The notes: generated by a model not told the origin, from the sequence alone. A stretch of 64,000 nt of DNA from Escherichia coli (GCF_017348835.2 NZ_CP071375.1), one strand, 5' to 3'. Shown: positions 21,451 to 32,600, numbered from the stretch's first letter. Numbers and translations: made by a program.

Positions 21451-22299
21451 TCATGCTTCGTCTGGTTGCCAGCCTTCCGTATACCAGATATGCAACAGCG
21501 CATAAGAACGCCAGGGCTTCCAGCGTTCGGCATAACGGCGGATTTGTGCTGGTGTCATTCCCGGAAATCGCTGTTTAATCAGATAATCATCCGGCAGGAA
21601 AACATCTTTCGCCTGCCAGCCACGCAAAGCGAAATAATTCGCCGTCCAGCGCCCGATACCCGGAAAAGTTTGCAGCGTTTTCATCGCTTGTTCTACGTCG
21701 CCCGGTATTGTCATTGGTAAGGTGCCCTCCAGCGCCGCATTTGCCAGATGAATCAGCGCCTCTGCCCGTTTCAACGGCATGCCTAACGCTTTTAATGCCT
21801 GCGGGTCGGCTGCTGCCAGCCGCTGAGGCGTGGGGAAGCAGATATACTCCGGAAAATCATCCAGCCGTTCGCCATAAAGCTGTGCCACTCTGGCGGTCAA
21901 TTTTGCCGCCATCGCCACGCTCACCAGTTGGCCTAAAATCGCCCGCACGCCCTGCTCAAAAGCATCAACACTGCCGGGTAAACGCAATCCAGGCCGCGCC
22001 GCGCCTAACTTGCCCAACGCACCGTTAACAATCTGCGGGTTACATTGCAGATCAAGCAGGCGGCTCATTTTCGCCAGACACTCTGCGGCAACGGGTTCTA
22101 AATCTGCACTTAAATTTATGTGCAGAGTATGGCGGGCTATATCCGGAATAGCAGTCACCACGCCGCGATATTCGCCCACCGCCAGACTACGGGCATAATA
22201 ATCGTCAGCGACCGTTTCCACACCACTCACCGCACGGGCGGCGAGAAATCCCAACATCCACGACCAGTCATACGGCGGCTGCCAGTTCAGGGTATACAT
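21451..22299 (-). CDS. alkA: 3-methyladenine DNA glycosylase II
   Basis: 282-aa ORF MYTLNWQPPYDWSWMLGFLAARAVSGVETV... Confidence 0.95.
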   Translation of the reverse strand: MYTLNWQPPYDWSWMLGFLAARAVSGVETVADDYYARSLAVGEYRGVVTAIPDIARHTLHINLSADLEPVAAECLAKMSRLLDLQCNPQIVNGALGKLGAARPGLRLPGSVDAFEQGVRAILGQLVSVAMAAKLTARVAQLYGERLDDFPEYICFPTPQRLAAADPQALKALGMPLKRAEALIHLANAALEGTLPMTIPGDVEQAMKTLQTFPGIGRWTANYFALRGWQAKDVFLPDDYLIKQRFPGMTPAQIRRYAERWKPWRSYALLHIWYTEGWQPDEA

Positions 22300-22432
22300 C
22301 GCATCTCCTTATTCATCCGCTTTCAGCATAAACGTTATTCAGACGCTGCGCTTTGCTTTCATATTCCGGTTGTCGCGACGGCAACATTTCGCTAAAGTCA
22401 CGCCCCTTCTTCACCGGCATGGGGATTATTTC

Positions 22433-23785
22433 GTGTTTATTGGTTTTGATTACGGTACAGCAAACTGTTCAGTGGCGGTCATGCGTGACGGTAAACCGCA
22501 TTTGCTAAAAATGGAAAACGACAGCACGCTGCTGCCTTCAATGCTTTGCGCGCCAACGCGTGAAGCGGTAAGCGAATGGCTGTACCGCCATCATGATGTT
22601 CCGGCAGACGACGATGAAACGCAGGCGCTGTTGCGTCGGGCGATTCGTTATAACCGCGAAGAAGATATCGATGTTACAGCGAAAAGCGTGCAGTTCGGTC
22701 TTTCCTCACTGGCACAGTACATTGATGATCCAGAAGAAGTGTGGTTTGTGAAATCACCAAAATCGTTCCTCGGTGCCAGCGGCTTAAAACCGCAGCAGGT
22801 AGCGCTGTTTGAGGATCTGGTCTGCGCAATGATGTTGCACATTCGCCAGCAGGCGCAGGCGCAGCTGCCAGAAGCGATTACTCAGGCGGTGATTGGTCGC
22901 CCGATCAACTTCCAGGGGCTGGGCGGCGATGAAGCAAACGCCCAGGCGCAAGGGATTCTGGAACGCGCGGCGAAGCGTGCCGGGTTTAAGGATGTGGTAT
23001 TCCAGTACGAGCCGGTAGCGGCAGGGCTGGATTACGAAGCGACTTTGCAGGAAGAAAAACGGGTGCTGGTGGTGGATATCGGCGGTGGTACGACTGACTG
23101 TTCATTGCTGCTGATGGGGCCGCAGTGGCGTTCGCGTCTCGATCGTGAAGCCAGCCTGCTGGGTCACAGTGGTTGCCGTATTGGCGGTAACGATCTGGAT
23201 ATCGCGCTGGCGTTTAAAAACCTGATGCCGTTACTGGGCATGGGTGGCGAAACCGAAAAAGGCATCGCCCTGCCGATTCTGCCGTGGTGGAATGCGGTTG
23301 CCATCAACGACGTACCTGCGCAGAGTGATTTCTACAGTAGTGCCAACGGTCGTCTGCTTAACGATCTGGTACGCGATGCCCGCGAACCGGAAAAAGTGGC
23401 CCTGCTACAGAAAGTCTGGCGTCAGCGTTTAAGCTATCGCCTGGTGCGTAGCGCAGAAGAGTGCAAAATTGCTCTTTCAAGCGTAGCGGAAACCCGCGCC
23501 TCACTGCCTTTTATCAGCGATGAACTGGCTACGCTGATTAGCCAGCAAGGGCTGGAAAGCGCCCTCAGCCAGCCACTGGCGCGGATTCTGGAACAGGTGC
23601 AACTGGCCCTCGATAACGCCCAGGAAAAACCGGACGTTATCTACCTGACCGGCGGAAGCGCCCGTTCGCCGCTGATTAAAAAAGCGCTGGCAGAACAGTT
23701 GCCGGGCATTCCGATTGCAGGCGGCGATGACTTTGGCTCCGTCACCGCCGGGCTGGCACGCTGGGCGGAAGTGGTGTTTCGTTAA
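22433..23785 (+). CDS. yegD: Hsp70-family (DnaK-like) protein YegD
   Basis: ORF track 471 aa; GTG at 22433 gives the 450-aa product (M)FIGFDYGTANCSVAVMRDGK..., the Hsp70 N-terminal phosphate-1 motif. Confidence 0.85.
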   Translation: MFIGFDYGTANCSVAVMRDGKPHLLKMENDSTLLPSMLCAPTREAVSEWLYRHHDVPADDDETQALLRRAIRYNREEDIDVTAKSVQFGLSSLAQYIDDPEEVWFVKSPKSFLGASGLKPQQVALFEDLVCAMMLHIRQQAQAQLPEAITQAVIGRPINFQGLGGDEANAQAQGILERAAKRAGFKDVVFQYEPVAAGLDYEATLQEEKRVLVVDIGGGTTDCSLLLMGPQWRSRLDREASLLGHSGCRIGGNDLDIALAFKNLMPLLGMGGETEKGIALPILPWWNAVAINDVPAQSDFYSSANGRLLNDLVRDAREPEKVALLQKVWRQRLSYRLVRSAEECKIALSSVAETRASLPFISDELATLISQQGLESALSQPLARILEQVQLALDNAQEKPDVIYLTGGSARSPLIKKALAEQLPGIPIAGGDDFGSVTAGLARWAEVVFR

Positions 23786-23797
23786 TTGAAAAATGGC

Positions 23798-25747
23798 TCA
23801 GCAGCGGCTTAAATCTGCCTGCGCCTGAGCCAGTTTTTCTGCCGCCTGACGTAACGGTTCCATCAACGGCATGGTCCGTGCTGGAGCATGAAGGCGGAAT
23901 CGCTGCAACTCTGTCGCGCCGACAGTCAACGCCGATTCCAGCCGATGTCGTTTGGCGGCCATTTTCGCCATTACCGCTTGTCTGTCTGCAGGCGTTACCG
24001 CTTCGTTCGGCCTGAACACAAAACGGCGTTCACAGCTCGCTTTCCAGTCGATAACCGCCTGGGTCAGATGATCACCAAACCCTTTAACTTGCTTAACCCC
24101 ACGACGGGTAACATCCGCGGCTGTTTCAATACCAAAAGACCGTAACGCCGCTTTACGCGCAGGGCCAACGCCGGGAATAGAGGCAGCATCAATAAAAAAT
24201 CCCTCCAGAAACTTCTGCTTCTGCCGTTCCCTTGCGGTGTCGTGAAGTGCTGCCAGAGCACGTTTTTCTTCTTCCGGTAACCCGAGAATTTCTTCCTTCA
24301 TTTTTTCGAGCATCGTCCGTTTGGCGATAAAACCTTCCAGCCCGCCCAACTGTTGGATCTGGCTGACTAAATGGTCATAGTCCATTTTCGCGCGATTAAA
24401 TGCCTCACGGCGTTGCTGGATTTCTGCTTTATAAGCTTTGCTTGTCAGACTGCCAATAATCCAGATAGCCGCCAGCACAGGAACCAAAATAATATAACGC
24501 GGTTCTGCCTGAAGGCCGCAAAGCAGCAGCGATACCGCTGACAGTGCGATCTCAATCAGGATGATGTATTCGCGCCGTAACAGGCCTGAAGGAAGCGGCC
24601 TGCCAGTCGGTTGGAAATGATCGGGTAATGGCAGTTGCAATGCTGGCGGCGCTACTGACGCCATCACCATCGCCCAGACTTTCGCCAGCACAAAATCACC
24701 GCTGGTGGTAATGACCTCTTCGCCGAGATCAATAAAATAGATAACGCCTTGATTATCCAGCGCACACCACGGGCAGTCAGTCAAATGAGCTGGGTAAACA
24801 TGCATTGCTGAAACGGTACATTTCTTTAACTGTTGGCGTAGAGAGTCCAGTGCCGCTACCCACGCTTTAGCCGTCGGACGCCCCGTTGCCACGCCACTTT
24901 CCGTGAATGCCTGCTGAAACATGGCTTCAACATCACTCGGTAACATCGATAGCGGAATAGATCGTGGCGGCGGTTTTAAACCACGTCGCTGATTATCTGA
25001 CGCGTAGGCATAACGGAAATGGGTAATATCCGTCTCCAGCGCATTACCCGCATCAGAGATAAGCGGCACACCAGAATAAGGATGCCGCCCACCAAACAAG
25101 ACGTGAAAAATCAGCAACGCAAGGCCAAAATTATCGTGATTCGCGGTACGTTCAAAACCGACAAATGATGGCAAGGTTTGTAGCTCTGGCGGCGTAAAAT
25201 GCGACACGCCGACTTCGCATAAATGCAGTGTGCCATTGGCGTTAATCTGAAAGGAGTCACTATCGATCAACACCACTTTGCTGTCGCGACCTACCATAAA
25301 GCTGTTCTGGTTTACGTCCCCCACGACGTGCCCGTGCTCGTGAACCGTAGCAAAAGATGAAGCAATATTGCGCGCAACATAGAGTAGAAAATCCCACGCA
25401 CAATGAGGGTAACGTTGACGACGATGTGCCGGGCTATAGATCATATGAATCGGTTCTTTACCAGAAACTTTTGGCATCATAAAACCGATAACTTTTCCGC
25501 CTCGTCCACCGTGAAGCGTTGCCTGCGGCCAGGCGACATAATTCAACAACTGCGCGTCAGCTGTCGCAGCCATAAAGGCAAGTTTGTCCTGTTTTAAGGC
25601 GGGTGGCGGCGTGTGATAAATCTTGGCGACGCTATCGACAAACTCATTGATATCATAAACCGCGCCTTCGCCACCTTTGCCCAGTTCACGGCCTGGCGTA
25701 ACGCACTCACCAGTAGCAGTATATAAAGTGGGTTTCATGGTAACCAC
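23798..25747 (-). CDS. yegI: Hanks-type Ser/Thr protein kinase-like membrane protein YegI
   Basis: 649-aa ORF; kinase-like N-terminal region, central transmembrane segment(s), C-terminal helix-hairpin-helix-like region (GVGPARKAALRSFGIE). Confidence 0.85.
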   Translation of the reverse strand: MVTMKPTLYTATGECVTPGRELGKGGEGAVYDINEFVDSVAKIYHTPPPALKQDKLAFMAATADAQLLNYVAWPQATLHGGRGGKVIGFMMPKVSGKEPIHMIYSPAHRRQRYPHCAWDFLLYVARNIASSFATVHEHGHVVGDVNQNSFMVGRDSKVVLIDSDSFQINANGTLHLCEVGVSHFTPPELQTLPSFVGFERTANHDNFGLALLIFHVLFGGRHPYSGVPLISDAGNALETDITHFRYAYASDNQRRGLKPPPRSIPLSMLPSDVEAMFQQAFTESGVATGRPTAKAWVAALDSLRQQLKKCTVSAMHVYPAHLTDCPWCALDNQGVIYFIDLGEEVITTSGDFVLAKVWAMVMASVAPPALQLPLPDHFQPTGRPLPSGLLRREYIILIEIALSAVSLLLCGLQAEPRYIILVPVLAAIWIIGSLTSKAYKAEIQQRREAFNRAKMDYDHLVSQIQQLGGLEGFIAKRTMLEKMKEEILGLPEEEKRALAALHDTARERQKQKFLEGFFIDAASIPGVGPARKAALRSFGIETAADVTRRGVKQVKGFGDHLTQAVIDWKASCERRFVFRPNEAVTPADRQAVMAKMAAKRHRLESALTVGATELQRFRLHAPARTMPLMEPLRQAAEKLAQAQADLSRC

Positions 25748-26496
25748 AGCGCCAGTGCCAACGTTTTATCATCATCGGTACGCTCGTTTACCGCTGGGCT
25801 CGACAAAAACTGCTTTAACAATTCAGGTAATAAATCGAGTTGTTCCTGCGTTGCTGCCGCCAGTCCATTGAAAAAAGAGGTAAAGAAAGGCACATGGGGA
25901 GAATTATCCAGCATATTTAACGCCAGTCGCTGGATACCATCCGTAAATGCTGCAACTTTATGCACACGCTCAGTGCTGGTGAAAGTTTCCAGTCTGGAAA
26001 CGGCATCTTCATCGGTAATGAAGTGCGTCATATTGGCATATTCACCCACCATCGGCGTGAGCGGCAGTTCCAGACCACGACCAAAATCCACCACTACACC
26101 GCCGTCGCCAATTTGCATAATCAATGTGCCGTTAGCCGATGAAATCAATCCCAGAAACGTGCAGGCAAAATCGCGAACCGCTAATGCTTTGGCTTCCGCC
26201 TCGGCAAAAAGTCGCTGACGAATGGTCAGCACAATATCCGTGGCGAGGACATCATTAACCCCCAATTCACCGCCCTGTACTTTTTGCATCATAAACGCCA
26301 TCGCTTCATTGACGGCGAGCGTCGCGCCTTCTCCTCCCTGCGAAACGCTACCTGCGCCATCAGCAAGGAACATCACCAGTAATGGTTGCTGGTCGTTTAG
26401 CCAGGCAACCTGCATCTGGCAGGCATCCTGACAAGGTAAATCAGCGCTAATGTGCGACGTTCCAACAGCGGATGCATAAACCAGACGCCAGCTCAC
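25735..26496 (-). CDS. yegK: PP2C-family Ser/Thr protein phosphatase YegK
   Basis: 253-aa [30 protein letters not shown]...FLADGAGS..., PP2C metal-binding motifs; overlaps yegI start by 13 nt. Confidence 0.85.
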   Translation of the reverse strand: MSWRLVYASAVGTSHISADLPCQDACQMQVAWLNDQQPLLVMFLADGAGSVSQGGEGATLAVNEAMAFMMQKVQGGELGVNDVLATDIVLTIRQRLFAEAEAKALAVRDFACTFLGLISSANGTLIMQIGDGGVVVDFGRGLELPLTPMVGEYANMTHFITDEDAVSRLETFTSTERVHKVAAFTDGIQRLALNMLDNSPHVPFFTSFFNGLAAATQEQLDLLPELLKQFLSSPAVNERTDDDKTLALALWLP

Positions 26497-27152
26497 ACTG
26501 ACGTCCAGCCTTTTGGCGCTTCCAGCACAACTTCCGTTCCCGGCGTGGAGCGGGAAACCGAACGCAGCGAACTGGATAACCAGCTAAACAGTTCACGGAA
26601 TTGTAATCCCTGCAGTGGCAAAGGCTGACGAACGCTGATTTGTGCCAGCGTCTTCATATCCGCCCCCTGAACACCGATGGAAAAGAAGGCAAACTTCTTA
26701 TCTTCTTCCCCCTGAAACACTTTGTTGGCGGCAGCCTGCCACTCATCGGTTGGAGCGCCATCGGTGATCAGGAAAATCCACGGGCGATAATACGAAATAC
26801 CATTTGCGCGGTACTCACGTTTCCTCTCTTCAACCATATCCAGGGCTTTGGTAATGGCGGCCCCCATAGGCGTATCCCCCTGGGCAAACAGGATGGGCGG
26901 GAAAAAGTTAGCGGCGCTGGTAAAGGGTTGTTCCACATGCACCGGGCCGAACGTCACAATGCCGAGTTCCACTCTTTTTAAAGCCAGCGGATCAGCAAGC
27001 AGTTCATCACGAAAGGTAACCAATCCGGCGTTAAGTTCATTAATAGGTCTGCCGCTCATCGAGCCAGAAACATCCAGCAGCAGAATGCAGGGGCAACGTG
27101 GTTCCGGGTTACTGGCAAAATCGCTGGTGGCAAACGTGATTTGTTCGCTCAT
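26493..27152 (-). CDS. yegL: von Willebrand factor A (vWA) domain protein YegL
   Basis: 219-aa ORF with vWA MIDAS motif ([10 protein letters not shown]); 4-nt overlap with yegK. Confidence 0.85.
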   Translation of the reverse strand: MSEQITFATSDFASNPEPRCPCILLLDVSGSMSGRPINELNAGLVTFRDELLADPLALKRVELGIVTFGPVHVEQPFTSAANFFPPILFAQGDTPMGAAITKALDMVEERKREYRANGISYYRPWIFLITDGAPTDEWQAAANKVFQGEEDKKFAFFSIGVQGADMKTLAQISVRQPLPLQGLQFRELFSWLSSSLRSVSRSTPGTEVVLEAPKGWTSV

Positions 27153-27333
27153 AAGAAATCCTTTCTTAGAGAATTATTGAGGTCCGGTATCATACCGACT
27201 GCAATAATGAAATAAGAGCAGGCAAAGCAACTTTCAGAATTCGGCCCGGCGGCGCAGAAAATTTTGCTATTCGCCTCGCAAGAACGGAGAGCCGTCGATT
27301 GACACTAAGGGCGGAGTGACATAATTTCAGGAG

Positions 27334-27482
27334 TGAGGGTTAGGGAGAGGTTTCCCCCTCCCCCTGGTGTTCTTAGTAAGCCTGGAAGCTAATCACTAAG
27401 AGTATCAGCAGTATGATGACGTGCTTCATCATAACCCTTTCCTTATTAAAAGCCCTCTTCTCCGGGAGAGGGTTTCCCGTTT
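27334..27482 (+). ncRNA. sibA: Sib antisense sRNA, copy 1 (approximate ends)
   Basis: Plus-strand transcript fully overlapping the ibs ORF; candidate -35 ttgaca at 27299-27304 and terminator hairpin gccctcttctccgggagaggg + T-tract near 27450-27482. Ends inferred, not mapped. Confidence 0.6.
27373..27432 (-). CDS. ibsA: Ibs type I toxin, copy 1 (19 aa, MMKHVIILLILLVISFQAY)
   Basis: Hand translation of the reverse complement of 27373-27432; hydrophobic membrane peptide typical of Ibs toxins. Confidence 0.7.
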   Translation of the reverse strand: MMKHVIILLILLVISFQAY

Positions 27483-27667
27483 CAGCGTCCCGCTGAAATC
27501 GTCGGCTTACCTCCTTTCGCCCTGAATGCAGTCTATCGCTAACGCGTGAACAAAATAGTTCCCTCTGTGATTATTGCGTAACGACTCGCAAAGAATATTT
27601 GCTGGCAGGATCGCAGACTGCAAAGCCTGCAGATTGACAATCTTATCGTGAAGGCATACTTTCAGGA

Positions 27668-27811
27668 GTGAGGGTAGAGTGGGGTTTCCCCCGCCCTGGT
27701 AGTCTTAGTAAGCCGGGAAGCTTATGACTAAGAGCACCACGATGATGATCCACTTCATCATGACCCTTTCCTTATTTAAGGCCCCTTCCTCGGGAGGGGC
27801 TTTCCCGTTTC
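27668..27811 (+). ncRNA. sibB: Sib antisense sRNA, copy 2 (approximate ends)
   Basis: Candidate -35 ttgaca at 27634-27639, -10-like tacttt; terminator ggccccttcctcgggaggggc + T-tract ending about 27811. Confidence 0.6.
27705..27761 (-). CDS. ibsB: Ibs type I toxin, copy 2 (18 aa, MMKWIIIVVLLVISFPAY)
   Basis: Hand translation of the reverse complement of 27705-27761. Confidence 0.65.
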   Translation of the reverse strand: MMKWIIIVVLLVISFPAY

Positions 27812-27994
27812 AGCGTCCCGCTGAAATCGTCGGCTTACCTCCTTTCGCCCTGAATTCAGTCTATCGCTAACGCGTGAACAAAATAGTTTCCTCTGTGATT
27901 ATTGCGTAACGTCTCGCAAAGAATATTTGCTGGCAGGATCGCAGACTGCAAAGCCTGCGGATTGACATTCTGAACGTGAAGGCATACTTTCAGG

Positions 27995-28138
27995 AGTGAG
28001 GGTAGAGCGGGGTTTCCCCCGCCCTGGTAGTCTTAGTATGCTGGGTAGCTAATCACTAAGAGCACCACGATGATGAGTATCTTCATCATGACCCTTTCCT
28101 TATTTATGGCCCCTTCCTCGGGAGGGGCTTTCCCGTTT
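27995..28138 (+). ncRNA. Sib antisense sRNA, copy 3 (extra copy relative to the two I remember at this K-12 locus; approximate ends)
   Basis: Third repeat unit with the same promoter-like ttgaca…tacttt and terminator hairpin ggccccttcctcgggaggggc + T-tract. Confidence 0.55.
28033..28089 (-). CDS. Ibs type I toxin, copy 3 (18 aa, MMKILIIVVLLVISYPAY)
   Basis: Hand translation of the reverse complement of 28033-28089. Confidence 0.6.
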   Translation of the reverse strand: MMKILIIVVLLVISYPAY

Positions 28139-28296
28139 CAGCGTCCCGCTGAAATCGTCGGCTTACCTCCTTTCGCCATGCAAGCAGTCTATCGCTAACG
28201 CGTAGATAAAATAGTTTCCTGTGTTATTACTGGATGCGTGCTCGCAAATGTGCCCGCCATTCAGACGATTCCCGATAGTGTTTCATAATTCCTCCA

Positions 28297-28314
28297 TTTT
28301 TCTCCCTTATTGGC
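28297..28314 (+). promoter_or_regulatory. BaeR box upstream of mdtA
   Basis: TTTTTCTCCCTTATTGGC closely matches the remembered BaeR consensus TTTTTCTCCATDATTGGC; about 55 bp upstream of the mdtA start. Confidence 0.55.
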
Positions 28315-28367
28315 TGGCTACACTAGTATCATTCCGCGAAACGTTTCAGGAAGAGAAACTCTTAACG

Positions 28368-29615
28368 ATGAAAGGCAGTTATAAATCCCGTTGGGTAATC
28401 GTAATCGTGGTGGTTATCGCCGCCATCGCCGCATTCTGGTTCTGGCAAGGCCGCAATGACTCCCAGAGTGCAGCCCCAGGGGCGACGAAACAAGCGCAGC
28501 AATCGCCAGCGGGTGGTCGCCGTGGTATGCGTTCCGGCCCATTAGCCCCGGTTCAGGCGGCGACCGCCGTAGAACAGGCAGTTCCGCGTTACCTCACCGG
28601 GCTTGGCACTATTACCGCTGCTAATACTGTTACGGTGCGTAGCCGCGTGGACGGTCAACTGATGGCGTTACATTTCCAGGAAGGCCAGCAGGTCAAAGCA
28701 GGCGATTTACTGGCAGAAATTGACCCCAGCCAGTTCAAAGTTGCATTAGCACAAGCCCAGGGCCAACTGGCAAAAGATAAAGCCACGCTTGCCAACGCCC
28801 GCCGTGACCTGGCGCGTTATCAACAACTGGTAAAAACCAATCTCGTATCTCGTCAGGAACTGGATGCCCAACAGGCGCTGGTCAGTGAAACCGAAGGCAC
28901 CATTAAGGCTGATGAAGCAAGCGTCGCCAGCGCACAGCTGCAACTCGACTGGAGCCGCATCACCGCACCAGTCGATGGTCGCGTTGGTCTCAAGCAGGTT
29001 GATGTTGGTAACCAAATCTCCAGTGGTGATACCACCGGAATTGTGGTGATCACCCAGACGCATCCTATCGATTTGCTCTTTACCCTGCCGGAAAGCGATA
29101 TCGCTACCGTCGTGCAGGCGCAAAAAGCCGGGAAACCGCTTGTGGTAGAAGCCTGGGATCGCACCAACTCGAAGAAATTAAGTGAAGGCACGCTGTTAAG
29201 TCTCGATAACCAAATCGATGCCACTACCGGTACGATTAAAGTGAAAGCACGCTTTAATAATCAGGATGATGCGCTGTTTCCCAATCAGTTTGTTAACGCG
29301 CGCATGTTAGTCGACACCGAACAAAACGCCGTAGTGATCCCAACAGCCGCCCTGCAAATGGGCAATGAAGGCCATTTTGTCTGGGTGCTGAATAGCGAAA
29401 ACAAGGTCAGCAAACATCTGGTGACGCCAGGCATTCAGGACAGTCAGAAAGTGGTGATCCGTGCAGGTATTTCTGCGGGCGATCGCGTGGTGACAGACGG
29501 CATTGATCGCCTGACCGAAGGGGCGAAAGTGGAAGTGGTGGAAGCCCAGAGCGCCACCACTCCGGAAGAGAAAGCCACCAGCCGCGAATACGCGAAAAAA
29601 GGAGCACGCTCCTGA
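28368..29615 (+). CDS. mdtA: Multidrug efflux membrane-fusion (periplasmic adaptor) protein MdtA
   Basis: ORF track 464 aa; ATG at 28368 gives the 415-aa product [27 protein letters not shown]... Confidence 0.93.
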   Translation: MKGSYKSRWVIVIVVVIAAIAAFWFWQGRNDSQSAAPGATKQAQQSPAGGRRGMRSGPLAPVQAATAVEQAVPRYLTGLGTITAANTVTVRSRVDGQLMALHFQEGQQVKAGDLLAEIDPSQFKVALAQAQGQLAKDKATLANARRDLARYQQLVKTNLVSRQELDAQQALVSETEGTIKADEASVASAQLQLDWSRITAPVDGRVGLKQVDVGNQISSGDTTGIVVITQTHPIDLLFTLPESDIATVVQAQKAGKPLVVEAWDRTNSKKLSEGTLLSLDNQIDATTGTIKVKARFNNQDDALFPNQFVNARMLVDTEQNAVVIPTAALQMGNEGHFVWVLNSENKVSKHLVTPGIQDSQKVVIRAGISAGDRVVTDGIDRLTEGAKVEVVEAQSATTPEEKATSREYAKKGARS

Positions 29616-32600
29616 TGCAGGTGTTACCTCCGAGCAGCACAGGCGGCCCGTCGCGCCTGTTTATTATGCGTCCTGTCGCCACCACGCTGCTGATGGTGGC
29701 GATCTTACTCGCCGGGATTATCGGTTATCGCGCCCTGCCCGTTTCGGCGCTGCCGGAAGTGGACTATCCGACCATTCAGGTGGTCACGCTCTACCCAGGT
29801 GCGAGCCCGGATGTCATGACCTCTGCCGTTACCGCGCCGCTCGAACGCCAGTTCGGGCAGATGTCTGGTCTGAAACAGATGTCGTCGCAAAGTTCCGGCG
29901 GTGCGTCAGTTATCACTTTGCAGTTCCAGCTAACATTACCGCTGGATGTCGCCGAGCAGGAAGTACAGGCCGCGATTAACGCTGCGACCAACTTGTTGCC
30001 GAGCGATCTGCCTAACCCGCCGGTTTACAGCAAAGTGAACCCGGCAGATCCGCCGATCATGACGCTCGCCGTCACCTCAACAGCCATGCCGATGACGCAA
30101 GTGGAAGATATGGTGGAAACCCGCGTCGCGCAGAAAATCTCGCAGATTTCCGGCGTCGGCCTGGTGACGCTTTCCGGCGGCCAGCGTCCGGCTGTTCGCG
30201 TCAAACTTAACGCTCAGGCGATTGCCGCCCTCGGCCTGACCAGCGAAACCGTGCGAACCGCCATTACCGGCGCTAACGTTAACTCGGCAAAAGGTAGCCT
30301 CGACGGCCCTTCCCGTGCGGTCACGCTTTCCGCGAATGACCAAATGCAATCTGCGGAAGAATATCGCCAGTTGATTATCGCCTACCAGAACGGCGCGCCG
30401 ATTCGTCTGGGCGATGTCGCAACCGTAGAGCAAGGTGCAGAAAACAGCTGGCTCGGCGCGTGGGCGAATAAAGAACAGGCCATCGTGATGAATGTTCAGC
30501 GCCAGCCCGGTGCTAACATTATCTCCACCGCCGACAGCATCCGGCAGATGCTGCCACAGCTCACCGAGAGTCTGCCGAAATCGGTGAAGGTGACGGTACT
30601 TTCTGACCGTACCACCAATATCCGCGCATCCGTCGATGATACTCAGTTTGAATTGATGATGGCTATCGCGCTGGTAGTAATGATTATCTACCTGTTTTTG
30701 CGCAATATTCCGGCGACCATCATTCCCGGCGTCGCAGTGCCGCTGTCGTTAATCGGCACCTTCGCGGTCATGGTGTTTCTCGATTTTTCAATCAATAACC
30801 TGACGCTGATGGCGTTAACTATCGCCACCGGATTCGTGGTCGATGACGCCATCGTGGTGATCGAAAATATTTCCCGCTATATCGAAAAAGGCGAAAAACC
30901 GTTGGCGGCGGCGCTCAAAGGCGCAGGTGAAATCGGCTTTACCATTATCTCGCTGACCTTCTCGCTGATTGCGGTGTTGATCCCACTGCTGTTTATGGGC
31001 GATATCGTCGGGCGACTGTTCCGCGAATTTGCTATTACCCTGGCGGTAGCGATTTTAATCTCAGCCGTGGTGTCGCTAACCCTGACACCGATGATGTGCG
31101 CACGGATGCTCAGCCAGGAGTCGTTGCGTAAACAGAACCGCTTCTCCCGTGCCTCGGAAAAAATGTTCGACAGGATAATCGCCGCCTATGGTCGTGGACT
31201 GGCGAAAGTGCTGAATCATCCGTGGCTGACCTTAAGCGTGGCGCTCAGCACGCTGCTGCTTAGCGTTCTATTGTGGGTGTTCATTCCGAAAGGTTTCTTC
31301 CCGGTACAGGATAACGGCATTATTCAGGGCACTTTGCAGGCACCGCAATCCAGCTCCTTTGCCAATATGGCCCAGCGGCAACGCCAGGTCGCGGACGTGA
31401 TTTTGCAGGATCCGGCAGTGCAAAGTCTGACCTCATTTGTTGGCGTTGATGGCACTAACCCGTCGCTGAACAGTGCGCGTTTGCAGATCAACCTCAAACC
31501 GCTGGATGAACGTGATGATCGGGTGCAAAAAGTCATCGCCCGTCTGCAAACGGCGGTGGATAAAGTGCCGGGCGTCGATCTCTTCCTGCAACCAACGCAG
31601 GACCTGACCATCGATACTCAGGTCAGCCGCACCCAGTACCAGTTTACCTTGCAGGCCACGTCACTGGATGCGCTCAGTACCTGGGTGCCACAGTTGATGG
31701 AAAAACTCCAGCAGCTGCCACAGCTATCTGATGTCTCCAGCGACTGGCAGGACAAAGGGCTGGTGGCGTATGTCAATGTTGATCGCGACAGCGCCAGCCG
31801 TCTGGGGATCAGCATGGCGGACGTCGATAACGCCCTGTACAACGCGTTTGGTCAGCGGCTGATTTCCACTATTTATACTCAGGCTAACCAGTATCGCGTG
31901 GTGCTGGAGCACAACACCGAAAATACCCCAGGGCTTGCGGCGCTGGATACCATTCGCCTGACCAGTAGCGAAGGCGGCGTGGTGCCGTTAAGCTCAATTG
32001 CCAAAGTTGAACAGCGTTTTGCGCCGCTTTCCATCAACCATCTGGATCAGTTCCCGGTAACGACCATCTCTTTTAACGTGCCAGATAACTATTCGCTGGG
32101 CGATGCGGTGCAGGCGATTATGGACACCGAAAAGACGCTGAATCTGCCGGTGGATATCACCACGCAGTTCCAGGGCAGCACCCTCGCCTTCCAGTCGGCG
32201 CTGGGCAGCACTGTCTGGCTGATTGTCGCGGCGGTGGTGGCGATGTATATCGTGCTCGGCATTCTATACGAGAGCTTTATTCACCCGATCACCATTCTCT
32301 CGACGCTACCCACCGCAGGGGTCGGCGCACTGCTGGCGTTAATGATTGCCGGTAGCGAACTGGATGTGATTGCGATTATCGGCATTATTTTGCTGATCGG
32401 TATCGTGAAGAAGAACGCCATCATGATGATCGACTTCGCGCTGGCTGCTGAGCGCGAGCAAGGCATGTCGCCGCGCGATGCAATCTACCAGGCTTGTCTG
32501 TTGCGTTTTCGTCCGATCCTGATGACCACTCTGGCGGCTCTGCTTGGCGCGCTGCCGCTGATGTTGAGTACCGGGGTCGGCGCGGAACTGCGTCGTCCGT

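Larger units (their letters stand above)
27290..28215. repeat. Three tandem ~330-bp direct repeats, each a Sib/Ibs type I toxin-antitoxin unit
   Basis: Near-identical blocks recur three times (…ttcaggagtgagggt…cccgtttcagcgtcccgctgaaatcgtcggcttacctcctttcgcc…ctatcgctaacgcgt…); each holds an 18-19 codon hydrophobic ORF on the minus strand. Confidence 0.85.

Noticed and set aside
27153-28367. Possible CRISPR array, given the regular repeats
   Set aside because: The repeat units are about 330 bp with internal small ORFs and promoter/terminator structure and no short repeat-spacer periodicity; they are Sib/Ibs units. No cas genes are present anywhere in the window.
28221-28367. N-terminal extension of mdtA in the ORF track (464 aa); similar extensions for udk, wzc, wcaD, yegH, fbaB, rcnB and yegP
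   Set aside because: The extended frames lack Shine-Dalgarno support and, for mdtA, run through the BaeR box and promoter region; internal starts matching the known protein N-termini were used instead.
28746-29224. Two overlapping ~125-aa minus-strand ORFs
   Set aside because: Antisense within mdtA; no independent support.
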